64,000 nucleotides of DNA from Candidatus Falkowbacteria bacterium (GCA_963774955.1 CAVZGV010000006.1:90855-154854), one strand, 5' to 3'; positions 50,999 through 60,677 are shown, counted from the first letter of the stretch. Made by a program: numbers and translations. The notes: generated by a model not told the origin, from the letters alone.

Positions 50999-51910
50999 TT
51001 ACACTTTTACATACCGTTTGACCGCAATATAACTGCTGATTAAATTTAAAATCATGGCCACCAGGAACTCCAACCCAAATATAAAAATAAAATTCTGATT
51101 GAAATAATTAACAATATTAAAATTATTTTCCAGAATAATCTGCAGATACGGCCGCATAAAGCCTAAAAGCGGATAAATAATTATAATCGTAATAATTATC
51201 GATAAAAAAGCAAAAATTATTCCCTGGAGTAAAAAAGGCACCTCTACAAACCAGTCCGTGGCGCCAACCAGCTTCATGGCAATTATTTCCTCGCGATGAG
51301 TGTAGATCGCCATTCTGATCGCGTTAAAAATAATCAGAATAGAAATTAAGGCAAAAATGATAGCGACTAAAATTACTCCCCGACTGACTTTTTGCGTAAT
51401 ACTGGTGATTCTCTCAATGACAATTTTATGATCATCAAAATCCTTGCTTTCAATCAGATTATTATACTGGGGTGTCTGTAAATTCTCCAATATTACCGGG
51501 TAATCCCCTGAATTCTTGGCTTTAATTAATAAACTGGCGCCTAAAGGATTTTTATTAATTTCTTCAAGCGACTGTAAAATCTTAGGATTATCCTGATGTT
51601 TTAATTTAAAAGCTTCCAACGCCTGGTCCTTGGATATGTAATTTACCTCCTTGACGGTTGACATTGATTGCAGATATTTTTGCACATCCTGCACCTGGTC
51701 TTCAGAGATATCAGCTTTAAAATAAACATTAATATCGACTCTATCTTCAATGGAGGTTATAGCTGTATTGGTAACTAAATTAAAGACGATCAAAAGATTC
51801 ACGGTAAAAAACGCCAAAACTAAAATAGTCAGCGTCACAATAGACAGCCAAAAATTACGGAAAAAATCCTGCCAGGCGAATTTAATTACTCTGAAGATTG
51901 AAGTGAACAT
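50999..51910 (-). CDS. ftsX: Cell division permease FtsX
   Basis: RNFWLS, YISKDQAL, NPLGAS, EI..MKLVGAT..FV..PF; follows ftsE. Confidence 0.93.
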   Translation of the reverse strand: MFTSIFRVIKFAWQDFFRNFWLSIVTLTILVLAFFTVNLLIVFNLVTNTAITSIEDRVDINVYFKADISEDQVQDVQKYLQSMSTVKEVNYISKDQALEAFKLKHQDNPKILQSLEEINKNPLGASLLIKAKNSGDYPVILENLQTPQYNNLIESKDFDDHKIVIERITSITQKVSRGVILVAIIFALISILIIFNAIRMAIYTHREEIIAMKLVGATDWFVEVPFLLQGIIFAFLSIIITIIIIYPLLGFMRPYLQIILENNFNIVNYFNQNFIFIFGLEFLVAMILNLISSYIAVKRYVKV

Positions 51911-51941
51911 ATGTCTGGAATTAAATCGATAACTATATTGA

Positions 51942-52080
51942 AAATTCTAAAAAAACAAAGCTCAAACTACAAGCCACAAATAAACCACAGACTTCAATTG
52001 CCAAATTACAAATTTTATTTTGAGTTTTAAAATTTGATATTTGAAATTTATTTGTTATTTGTCATTTGCTATTTGGAATT
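51942..52080. repeat. Heptamer-repeat palindrome between ftsE and ftsX
   Basis: A/C-rich ~7-nt units followed by complementary T/G-rich units (TTTGATATTTGAAATTTATTTGTTATTTGTCATTTG). Confidence 0.6.
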
Positions 52081-52760
52081 TATAGAATGTACTTACCTTC
52101 TTCCTGATCACTGATTATTTCCCCCTGATCCATGAGAACCACTCTTTTCCTGATATTATTAACGACATCTTTATTATGAGTAACTAACAAAATAGTAGTC
52201 CCAAATTCATTGATCTTTAAAAGTAAGTCAATAATGTCATTGGTGTTTAAACTGTCCAAATTGCCGGTCGGCTCATCAGCCAGTAAAATTTTGGGGCGAT
52301 GAACCAAGGCGCGGGCAATTGCTGCCCTCTGTGTCTCACCTCCGGAAAGCTGATGGGGATAACGGTCAGTTTTGTCTTTTAAGCCCACAATTTTTAATAC
52401 TTGAGGCACAACATTTTTTATCCGCCGGCTGCTGACTCCGCAAACTTCCATAGCAAAAGCGACATTTTCATAAACGGTTTTTTTGGGCAACAATTTAAAA
52501 TCCTGATGAACTATGCCAAGCTGTCTTCTTAATAATGGGATTTCCCTTTGTTTAATATCGGTAATATCCCAACCGCCAATAATAACCCGACCGTTATCAG
52601 GTCGTTCCTGCACATTTAAGAGCTTAATCAGCGTGCTTTTACCGGCTCCGCTCTGTCCCACTACAGAAACAAACTCTTTGGGCGCAATATGCAAATTCAA
52701 ATCTTTAACCGCGGTTGTTTTTGGAAAAAATATTTTATTGACTTTTTTAAAATGAATCAT
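52080..52760 (-). CDS. ftsE: Cell division ATP-binding protein FtsE
   Basis: GQSGAGKST, QDFKLL, LSGGE, ADEPTGNLD. Confidence 0.93.
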   Translation of the reverse strand: MIHFKKVNKIFFPKTTAVKDLNLHIAPKEFVSVVGQSGAGKSTLIKLLNVQERPDNGRVIIGGWDITDIKQREIPLLRRQLGIVHQDFKLLPKKTVYENVAFAMEVCGVSSRRIKNVVPQVLKIVGLKDKTDRYPHQLSGGETQRAAIARALVHRPKILLADEPTGNLDSLNTNDIIDLLLKINEFGTTILLVTHNKDVVNNIRKRVVLMDQGEIISDQEEGKYIL

Positions 52761-52817
52761 AGAGCTCAACCACTAAATTTAATCACAAAACTACACAAAA
52801 AAATAATGAAAAATTTG

Positions 52818-53811
52818 TTATTGGATGGCGGCTTTGACCGGTTCTACCAATTCAACCTTAACCTTGCATAAGCCGGCTGATTTACTGGCTATTTGCTTAA
52901 AAGCGACCACGTCCAAATCAATCACCCGATCCGGCACAACACTGCGGTCAGGCCCCCAGTCATTTACCTTCACCACCACTATCTTACCATTATCAAGATT
53001 AGTTACCTTTAATTTTGTGCCTTTAGGATAATCAGGTGAAGCGGCGCAATTACAACCCTTGTACTTATACCAAGAAGCAACTCCTTCGGTCATAATGCTG
53101 ATCTCTTTCAAAAGGGCGAGCTTGGCAAAAGACAAAGGAAATTGAGAAATAACCTTGCTGGCTCCGTCACTGATTATTGAAGGTAAGCCTTTCCATTCAG
53201 CCTTATTATCATCATAAAAGTAAAGATTTTTACGGAAATAATCCGTATCGTCATATTTAATGGAAAACCAAAAATTTTTCTCAAACTTTACGCCCGGCTC
53301 TGTTTTGATGGCATATTCATAAATCTTACTGGCCATCTGAACACCCGAGCTTAGGCTGCATGGTACTGGCCGGTGCCAGCATAAATTCTTTTAAGACTAA
53401 AGTTGCATCGGCCTTTAAAGTTTCTTTATCAATCTGAAATACAAATTTACTGTCAAAAACTTTAAATTTCTTACCAGCCCAAACCTCAGCCTTTTTCAAA
53501 TCAAAAGTCTGAGTGTTTAATAAAATTAAAGGTTCACCCGGCTCAATCACGGATGGTGTAACGCTAGTTAATTCCGGATTAACCGGAATTTGTGAATCAG
53601 TAATCACAGTCGCATCACTAGTTGTGGCCGGCTGGCTGACTGCTGCGGTTGGTACGGCAAATTCAATATTGCTTAAATCAGGCTGTCTGACCACTTCCTG
53701 ACTAAAAACAATATCCGCAGCCAAAACAGAATTGACGTTTAAGCCCAAAATTGCTAAACTAACTAAGAATAAAGTTGTAACCTTAATTTTTTTCATCATT
53801 ATAAAATTCAA
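52818..53811 (-). CDS. Secreted protein with C-terminal RlpA-like double-psi beta-barrel, split by one frameshift at ~53345
   Basis: Signal peptide in 53326-53811; GVASWY, VVVKVNDWGP, DRVIDL in 52818-53336; removing one G joins the two. Confidence 0.75.
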
Positions 53812-53826
53812 TTAATTAAAGTGCTT

Positions 53827-53925
53827 GCCCAGTTAAAAGTTTGTGTAATCTATAGATTAACAGGATAAAGAGAATTTAAGAATCCAACCATTTTACATAA
53901 TTTTTACATAGACTTTTAACTGGGC
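53827..53925. mobile_element. MITE-like element with 22-bp terminal inverted repeats
   Basis: GCCCAGTTAAAAGTTTGTGTAA ... TTACATAGACTTTTAACTGGGC (2 mismatches), no ORF. Confidence 0.45.
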
Positions 53926-53994
53926 GGGATTAGTATAGTGGTAGTACGCGACCTTCCCAAGGTCATAGCGCCGGTTCGATTCCGGTATCCCGCT
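53924..53994 (+). tRNA. tRNA-Gly(CCC)
   Basis: GCGGGAT/ATCCCGC acceptor stem, loop TTCCCAA, GGTTCGATTCC. Confidence 0.93.
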
Positions 53995-53999
53995 TAGAT

Positions 54000-54072
54000 G
54001 CCCCTTTAGCTCAGTTGGTAGAGCGACGGTATCGTAAACCGTAGGTCGCCGGTCCAATCCCGGCAGGGGGCT
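54000..54072 (+). tRNA. tRNA-Thr(CGT)
   Basis: GCCCCTT/AGGGGGC acceptor stem, ACGGT-ATCGTAA-ACCGT; atypical T-loop TCCAATC. Confidence 0.88.
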
Positions 54073-54080
54073 AAATCTTT

Positions 54081-54135
54081 AGGGGTTTCCCGCGCAGCGG
54101 GACTTCGCTCCGCGGAGCGATCCCCCTTCTCGGCT
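54081..54135 (+). pseudogene. tRNA 3'-half remnant with a palindromic insertion in the T-loop
   Basis: AGGGG-TT-[30-nt repeat]-CGATC-CCCCT-TCTCGGC-T. Confidence 0.55.
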
Positions 54136-54137
54136 AA

Positions 54138-55073
54138 TTAGTCGGAAAGAGCGTAAATTTTTATTTGCGCTTTTTCTTTAACTTCTTTAACCACCTCATC
54201 AACATTTTTTATCTTAGCTGATATCGCACTCAAAGTTAAGACTCCCTTATCTTCATCCTTTTTATCCAATCGAAGGATCTGTAACGTATTTTTGATGTTT
54301 AAAATACCGGTATATTCGCCTTCTTTTAGACTAAAAAGATTATCTTCGATGTCTTTGGGCAATTCACCACGTAAAAAATTACCAATAAGGCCGCCTTGGT
54401 CTGCAGTTTCTCCCTCACTATATTGTTTAGCTGTGGCTTCAAAACTTTTACCGTTTTGCAAATCATTAAGCGCGTCCTGAATCTTTATATTAGCCGGTCC
54501 ATTGATAGCTTGATCAGCTTGGATCGCCTGATCAGTTTTGCTATACCATAAATTCGGCTCTATAAATTCATATTCGTAGGTTTTAATATCTATGCCGTAA
54601 AAATCTTCTAGAAATTTCTCGGTTTCTTCCCGACTACCCTTATTTTTGATTATTTCCTCCATCTTATCGCTAATTTCCTGTTTAGTCACATTTAAATTAT
54701 ATTTTTTTGCCAAATTTATAATAATTTTATCATCAATCAAGCGGTTAATCACTTTTGTTTTAACATCTTCATCTGAAGGTAAACCTTTAATCCCGTTTTT
54801 TGCCTGGGACTCGTAATATTTCCGGCTGATATTCAAAGTATTAATATAATCTTTATATAAAACAGTCTGACCATCAACTTTGGCAGCCGCAAGCGGCAAA
54901 ACCTGGGCGATTTTCAGCATAAAATCATTACGCCAATCTAAAACATAATACCCCCAGTAAATAACCCCGACGAACACAGCCACCAGCAATAAGACACTGA
55001 TTAAACTGCCAATAATTAAAGCTTTAATATTTACCGAAGTTTTTATTTTTTTTGCCCGTTTAAATATTTCCAT
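54138..55073 (-). CDS. SurA/PrsA-like chaperone with parvulin PPIase domain
   Basis: N-terminal TM, AAKVDG, SFEATAKQYSE...QGGLIG; likely start at ATG 55073. Confidence 0.85.
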   Translation of the reverse strand: MEIFKRAKKIKTSVNIKALIIGSLISVLLLVAVFVGVIYWGYYVLDWRNDFMLKIAQVLPLAAAKVDGQTVLYKDYINTLNISRKYYESQAKNGIKGLPSDEDVKTKVINRLIDDKIIINLAKKYNLNVTKQEISDKMEEIIKNKGSREETEKFLEDFYGIDIKTYEYEFIEPNLWYSKTDQAIQADQAINGPANIKIQDALNDLQNGKSFEATAKQYSEGETADQGGLIGNFLRGELPKDIEDNLFSLKEGEYTGILNIKNTLQILRLDKKDEDKGVLTLSAISAKIKNVDEVVKEVKEKAQIKIYALSD

Positions 55074-55078
55074 ATATA

Positions 55079-55465
55079 TTAGTTGAAGAAATAAGCCCAC
55101 CATTTAGCCGGGTTAGATAAAACCTGCACGTCTTTTTGCGTGTCGGTTTGGGTTGGCAGCGCCTGATCCGGAATCACCACTAAATTTTCGCCCTCCTTTT
55201 TTAAACCTAATTTCAGCTTGGCTTCTTGTTCGATAAAAATATCGGAATTTAGGTATTTTACCAATTGACCGAAATCCTGATTTTGTTTTTCCAAGCGGGC
55301 AATTTCAGTCTGCAAGCCTGCAACTTCGGAATTAACCTTATAATTCTTAACAGTACCGTTTACCACGCCTACCAGAATAATAATTAAAATGAATAAACAA
55401 AAAACCAGAAAGAATTTGGAAAAAATTAAATCCGGAAAGATATTTTTCTTTCGTCGTTCAAACAT
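55079..55465 (-). CDS. Septum formation initiator (FtsB/DivIC family)
   Basis: TM, coiled coil, IEQEAKLKLGLKKEGE, NPAKWWAYFF. Confidence 0.85.
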   Translation of the reverse strand: MFERRKKNIFPDLIFSKFFLVFCLFILIIILVGVVNGTVKNYKVNSEVAGLQTEIARLEKQNQDFGQLVKYLNSDIFIEQEAKLKLGLKKEGENLVVIPDQALPTQTDTQKDVQVLSNPAKWWAYFFN

Positions 55466-55494
55466 ATGTTATATTATACCACAATTTTAGCAAA

Positions 55495-56280
55495 TTATAT
55501 ACTCTTTTTACGAAAACTTTCCTCCACATTATCTTCAGCCTTCTTTACCCCCAAAGAAGTAGCTTTTGGCTTGCCTTCCTCATCATTGCCTTCTTTTTCC
55601 TCCAGCTCATCTACGATCAGCTTTTTAAGGCTTAATTCACCGAAAGTCTCTTTGTACTCGGCAATTAATTCATCTAAATTATAATCTTCGTATTCTGCCA
55701 ATTCATCCTGATTAACAAAGTCATCTATTAATTTCTCCTTAATTTGCGGGCTTAAATCGGTCACCTTTTTAATTTCAATATTATGACCGGTTTGCTCTTT
55801 GATTAAATCTGCTAACAGCTGATTGACTTTGCCTGGCTGCTGAATATTGCGCAAAACCAAGGTTGCACCCGCAGCCTGAACTTTGATTGTGCCAATATGA
55901 AAAATGGTCTGCCAAACACCATGAACTGAATAGGATATGTCCAGAAATTTTTCAAAACTGATATCAGAAACGGTTTTATGAAAAAAGCCGATTTGATCAA
56001 TATCAACCAAACGCTGATTGGTTATAATCACAGAATTGGCATACCAGATAAAAAACTCCCGTCCCCCGTAAAATAGTCCGGTAATAATTATGGCGCAAAA
56101 CAAGGCAACGCCAAGCTCACCCAGGCTGAATAAATAAAACATCATAAAAAAAGAACCCAAAATCAAAACCGTAGTTATAGCTATCTGTTTGGCATAGGTT
56201 ATCGGGTGATGATGCAAGACTCCGATTATTTCCTCACCTGCATGCAAATTTATTTTCTTGGCAAAATATTGGTCAGACAT
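55495..56280 (-). CDS. Membrane-flanked bacterial PH-domain protein
   Basis: GEEII...HHHP, two TMs, IITNQRLVDIDQIGFF, IGTIKVQAAG. Confidence 0.8.
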   Translation of the reverse strand: MSDQYFAKKINLHAGEEIIGVLHHHPITYAKQIAITTVLILGSFFMMFYLFSLGELGVALFCAIIITGLFYGGREFFIWYANSVIITNQRLVDIDQIGFFHKTVSDISFEKFLDISYSVHGVWQTIFHIGTIKVQAAGATLVLRNIQQPGKVNQLLADLIKEQTGHNIEIKKVTDLSPQIKEKLIDDFVNQDELAEYEDYNLDELIAEYKETFGELSLKKLIVDELEEKEGNDEEGKPKATSLGVKKAEDNVEESFRKKSI

Positions 56281-56325
56281 AGAAATATTTAAATTAAAAA
56301 GTAAAAGCCGCGGAGCGGCTTCCCG

Positions 56326-57486
56326 CTACGCGGGAAAATTAAAAGTTTGAGAATTTACTAGCGCGGCTTGTAATAAATTATCAAAATCCCAGTTTTTTTC
56401 AGTATCCTTAATTAAATTCAAATCAGCGCGGGTGACCGGATGTTTGGGCACGTAAAGCGAACAGCAGTCGGCAAAAGGCTGGGCTGAAAGTTTAAAAGTT
56501 CGAATCTGTTCCGCAATATTAACTATCTCTTCCTTATTAAAGCCGATTAAAGGCCTTAAAATCGGCAAATCAATAACTTGGGAAATTGCCCGGATATTGG
56601 CCACTGTCTGAGAAGCTACTTGCCCCAAGCTCTCCCCCGTGACCAGAGCTGAAATATTTTCTTTTTGGGCAATCAAGGCGGCAATTCTTAACATCATCCG
56701 GCGGTAAAAAATTACGCGATAATCCTCAGGTACTTTTTTAATTACTTCCTGCTGAATTGGCAAGAAAGGAACCAGATATAATTTTGAACCATTTTGGTAT
56801 TCAGACAAAACTTTAACCAGATCCTTGACCTTTTCCTGATTGGCTTTCGGCGTAGCCGGATAAGCGTCAAAATTCACAAAGACAATTTCGGCTCCCCGCT
56901 TTTGCATCAGATTGGCCGCCACCGGGGAATCAATACCGCCGGAAATCAAACACAGTAATTTATCAGAAACTCCCACTGGCAAACCGCCGCGGCATTTAAT
57001 TTTTTCAAAATATATAAATGCATGACTGGCCACCAAATCAATCCGGCAATTAATATCGGGAGTATGCAGGTCAACTTTCTTTTTTAGTTTAGTCATCACC
57101 AGCTCACCCAATTGTTCGCTGATCTGCTGGGAAGTCAGAGCAAAATTTTTATTGGCTCGTCTGGTCGTTATCCGAAATGACTTAAACTTTTCTTTTTTAA
57201 GCAAAGCTAAAAGATCCTGACCGATCTTTTTAATGTCTGGCTCAGAATTCCAGACCAAAGCAAAATATTCAATGCCAAAAACCTTAAGTAATTGCTCTTT
57301 CACTTTAGCCAAATCCCAACCGTCTCCAATATCAATTATAATCCGGCCCTGAATATGTTTCAGCTTCAGCTGACCAAAATCAGCCAGAGACTTTTGAATA
57401 TTGTGAATCAATTTATTCTCAAAAAACTGCCTGTTACCCCCTTTCAAAGCAATTTCCCCATAATGTATCAATATATACCTATCCAT
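56326..57486 (-). CDS. thiI: tRNA 4-thiouridine synthase ThiI
   Basis: YGEIALKGGNR, THUMP domain, ISGGIDSPVA, GESLGQVASQT, DCC. Confidence 0.96.
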   Translation of the reverse strand: MDRYILIHYGEIALKGGNRQFFENKLIHNIQKSLADFGQLKLKHIQGRIIIDIGDGWDLAKVKEQLLKVFGIEYFALVWNSEPDIKKIGQDLLALLKKEKFKSFRITTRRANKNFALTSQQISEQLGELVMTKLKKKVDLHTPDINCRIDLVASHAFIYFEKIKCRGGLPVGVSDKLLCLISGGIDSPVAANLMQKRGAEIVFVNFDAYPATPKANQEKVKDLVKVLSEYQNGSKLYLVPFLPIQQEVIKKVPEDYRVIFYRRMMLRIAALIAQKENISALVTGESLGQVASQTVANIRAISQVIDLPILRPLIGFNKEEIVNIAEQIRTFKLSAQPFADCCSLYVPKHPVTRADLNLIKDTEKNWDFDNLLQAALVNSQTFNFPA

Positions 57487-57639
57487 AAAGTTTAAACTAA
57501 AACCTAATATCTAAGATCTAAAATCTATTTATATTTTAACAAATTTTTGAAATTCAGACAAACTTCTATCTTGACATATTTATTATTTTAAGCTATACTA
57601 AAATATCGCTCAAATTTGTAATTATAGGAGGAGAAAGCA

Positions 57640-57915
57640 ATGGATTTTTGGGTTGCGCATCCCGGTTTTGGGGGAATCATTTTCCTGGTGTGTATCGCGT
57701 GTTTTCCGCGCCTTACCACGCTCTTCGCCGTGGCCACGCCATTCGGCTGTCTGGCCTGGATCGGCTGGGTCTTTGCCCCGCATCTGCTGGTCGCCATCCT
57801 GGCCACCTACATGTACTGGCACACCAATCCGGTCCTCTGCGTCATCGCCTGGTTCTTCGCCTTAGCCGGCACCGGAGCTGAGGCATCGACAGCATCAAAA
57901 AAATCAGGGGGTTAA
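57640..57915 (+). CDS. Small hydrophobic membrane protein
   Basis: AGGAGG site, TTGACA/TATACT promoter, terminator; FPRLT and GWVFAPHLLVA segments. Confidence 0.7.
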   Translation: MDFWVAHPGFGGIIFLVCIACFPRLTTLFAVATPFGCLAWIGWVFAPHLLVAILATYMYWHTNPVLCVIAWFFALAGTGAEASTASKKSGG

Positions 57916-58051
57916 AAACCCAAAGACACATCGAGCCGCGGCACCTGCCACGGCTCGTTTTTTTACCTAACTATTTTACTTTCGCCAACTCTTGACTTAA
58001 TCACAAAATCGTGTTAATTTATTTGATAAGCATAGCCCAAGGAGGAAGAAA

Positions 58052-58297
58052 ATGGAATATGTTACTTTGGAAATTATCAGCCAAGTAGGCATAAGCGTCT
58101 TTGGCGTTTTGGCCATCATTCTTGTTTCGCGCAAGAATAAGTGGGGTTTTGTTTTCGGCCTGGCTTCACAGCCCTTTTGGTACATAACAGCCTATTTACA
58201 CAGCCAATGGGGCATCATGTTTTTGAATGTTATTTACACAGGCAGCTGGCTTTACGGATTTTACCAGTGGTTCTACAAAAAGGAGGAAAAGCCATGA
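58052..58297 (+). CDS. Small 3-TM protein (PnuC-like half unit)
   Basis: KNKWGFVFGLASQPFW, QWG, GFYQW; first gene of a four-gene operon. Confidence 0.65.
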   Translation: MEYVTLEIISQVGISVFGVLAIILVSRKNKWGFVFGLASQPFWYITAYLHSQWGIMFLNVIYTGSWLYGFYQWFYKKEEKP

Positions 58298-58578
58298 GCC
58301 GATCAGACATCAGAAATATATTCGAAGAGCTGGAAAAGACGCACCCAAAGGATGACTTAAAACTCAAGGTTTTTGACTGTTTTCTCGGTCACCCGACAGA
58401 AATCAGACGTATCGGTTTTATGCCGCAATTGATGAACCTTAAACGGCCAGACCATCTGGAAATTTTCATGGCCGCGGTTCAGGAAAAATTCCGTTGGCTA
58501 AAAGAAGAACTGTCCTGGGATAAGATCCCGGCAGCCGAAGCATATTTCACTGAAGCCTGCTCTTTATTGCAGTCGTGA
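58294..58578 (+). CDS. Hypothetical protein
   Basis: ATGA overlap with the previous gene; AAGGAGG site; starts MSRSDIRNIF. Confidence 0.6.
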   Translation: MSRSDIRNIFEELEKTHPKDDLKLKVFDCFLGHPTEIRRIGFMPQLMNLKRPDHLEIFMAAVQEKFRWLKEELSWDKIPAAEAYFTEACSLLQS

Positions 58579-58592
58579 TCAAGGAGGCTACC

Positions 58593-58805
58593 ATGTATTG
58601 TCCTTTTTGCCGGAGTAACAAGCACACCATAAAGAACTGTCCCCAAACATGTTCGGGTAATCTTAACAGAAGCAAAATGTCCTGTAAATTCTGCGGCAGC
58701 AGAAACCATAATATAGAAGCCTGTCCGCAAACATTTTCTGGGAACGCAGCGCGGGCGTGGCATCCGGAAACCGTTGCTGATCATTTTGTCAAAGATAAAG
58801 ATTAA
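58593..58805 (+). CDS. Double CCHC zinc-knuckle protein
   Basis: CPFCRSNKHTIKNC and CKFCGSRNHNIEAC both fit Cx2Cx4Hx4C; AAGGAGG site. Confidence 0.75.
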   Translation: MYCPFCRSNKHTIKNCPQTCSGNLNRSKMSCKFCGSRNHNIEACPQTFSGNAARAWHPETVADHFVKDKD

Positions 58806-58824
58806 AAAACAGAGGAGGTAATTC

Positions 58825-59112
58825 ATGTCTGAGCCAAGATTTCAGTGTCGAGCCTGCATGAAGGAACTGACCAAAGAAGAAGCCACCAAGGGCAAGCTTC
58901 AACTGAAAGGTGCCGGTTTTTGGGGACATTGCCCAAAATGCAATCGGAAAGCACTTTTCTTTTCCATCCCGGAGCCTCAAACAGTCGCAGTGCAAAACCA
59001 GGAATTTCAAAGACCACTCCCCTCAAAATGTCCTAAGGGACATGAAGGTAAGATTGAAAGATGGGGCCTGGCTTTCAGGTGCCATACCTGTACCACTATT
59101 TTTTCATCCTGA
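58825..59112 (+). CDS. Double zinc-ribbon protein
   Basis: CRAC/CPKC and CPKGH/CHTC; GAGGAGG site; terminator at ~59124-59152. Confidence 0.65.
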   Translation: MSEPRFQCRACMKELTKEEATKGKLQLKGAGFWGHCPKCNRKALFFSIPEPQTVAVQNQEFQRPLPSKCPKGHEGKIERWGLAFRCHTCTTIFSS

Positions 59113-59163
59113 TCTAAAAACTCAAAGAGTCCCGCGTCGCGGGACTCTTTTTCTTTTTAAACT

Positions 59164-60477
59164 TTATATTTCCTTTAAAATTTCTCTAGTAGCGATTCTA
59201 TCATCCCATGGGTATTCCTGACCATTAGATTTAATGCTCTGTTCTGTCCCCTTGCCCGTAACTAAAACCAAATCACCGGGCTGGGCCAGCTGACAAGCAT
59301 ATTTAATTGCCTCTCGGCGATCAATAATTTTAAATAAATTCTTATTTTCGACTTTACCTGCGCTAATTGCTCCGCTAGCAATCTCGTTCAAAATTTTTGA
59401 AGTTTGTTCATCATAAGAGTCTTCGTCAGTAACAATACTGATATCTGCCTGTTCTCCTGAGATTCTGCCTAAAAGCGGACGCTTGGCATGATCCCTGACC
59501 CCGCCGGCTGAACCAAAAACATGAATTATACGATTTTGGGGAAACATTTTTATGGTTTTAAAAAGATTATCAAAAGAAACAGGGTCATGAGCATAATCAA
59601 CCAACACGCTAAAGTCCTGACCTTCATCAATAACTTCCATGCGTCCGGGCACACCGGTTACTTTGACTAAAGCCTGTTTACACTGATTTAAATTCAGACC
59701 AAGCTGCAAACCGACACAAATTGCTGCCAGGCAATTATATACATTAAATCTGCCAATTAATTTTGTCTTTATATCTTCAGTGCCTACCCGAAAAAAAGAT
59801 CCATTAACCTGCAAATTTATATCCCCGGCTAAAACCACCCGGGCCTCAGGCAATTTGCTGACAAAACTGATGCCGTACCCGAATTTCTGATCCGCCGAAA
59901 AATTAAAATAATACTGCCAATGCTGATCATCCAAATTAACGACCAAAGCCTTGGGAATTTCTTTACCGTTAATTTTCTTTCTGGGAAATTTGCTTAAACC
60001 AGCAAAAAGCTGCCCCTTGGCTTTTTTATAATTCTCAAATGAGCCATGGGCTTCAATGTGTTCTGGCGTCAAATTAGTAAATACCGCCACATCATAATTT
60101 ATGCCCCAATTACGGTTTTGCATAATGCCTTCTGACGAGGTTTCCACGACGGCATATTTACAACCGGCTTTAACCATCTGTTTCAGCATTTTCTGCAAGG
60201 TTAAACGGCCCTGCATGGTTTTATGAGTATCGTTGATCCATTCTTTATCAGCTATTTTAAAATTAACCGTGGTCATCAAACCGACTTTGGCTCCAGACTC
60301 TTCCAAGACCTTAGCAATCAAATTGCTGGTTGTTGATTTGCCGTTGGTGCCGGTAACCCCGATAACAATCAGCTTTCTTGATGGAAAGCCATAAATGTAA
60401 TTAGCCAAAACCGCCCAACACTTATGGTAAAATAAGAGTAACTTTTGGGGAATTAGTTTTTTGATAAATGATTTCAT
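59164..60477 (-). CDS. murE: UDP-N-acetylmuramoyl-tripeptide synthetase
   Basis: GVTGTNGKST, ETSS, FTNLTPEH, VPGRME, VDYAH, DRREAI, GKG.E, DDR. Confidence 0.92.
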   Translation of the reverse strand: MKSFIKKLIPQKLLLFYHKCWAVLANYIYGFPSRKLIVIGVTGTNGKSTTSNLIAKVLEESGAKVGLMTTVNFKIADKEWINDTHKTMQGRLTLQKMLKQMVKAGCKYAVVETSSEGIMQNRNWGINYDVAVFTNLTPEHIEAHGSFENYKKAKGQLFAGLSKFPRKKINGKEIPKALVVNLDDQHWQYYFNFSADQKFGYGISFVSKLPEARVVLAGDINLQVNGSFFRVGTEDIKTKLIGRFNVYNCLAAICVGLQLGLNLNQCKQALVKVTGVPGRMEVIDEGQDFSVLVDYAHDPVSFDNLFKTIKMFPQNRIIHVFGSAGGVRDHAKRPLLGRISGEQADISIVTDEDSYDEQTSKILNEIASGAISAGKVENKNLFKIIDRREAIKYACQLAQPGDLVLVTGKGTEQSIKSNGQEYPWDDRIATREILKEI

Positions 60478-60677
60478 AATTTAAGCTTATTATGCAAGAA
60501 TTTTATCATATTTATAATCTAATCACAATGACTTCATCAGTTACATCTACGGCACAAAACCTTGACAAATAAATAAAAACATGATAGAATTACGAATCGA
60601 AATTAAATTATTTAAGGGAAATAGCCAAAAGATAACGAACCTTAAAATCCCAGAAATCTGAAACAAAGGAGAAAGTA

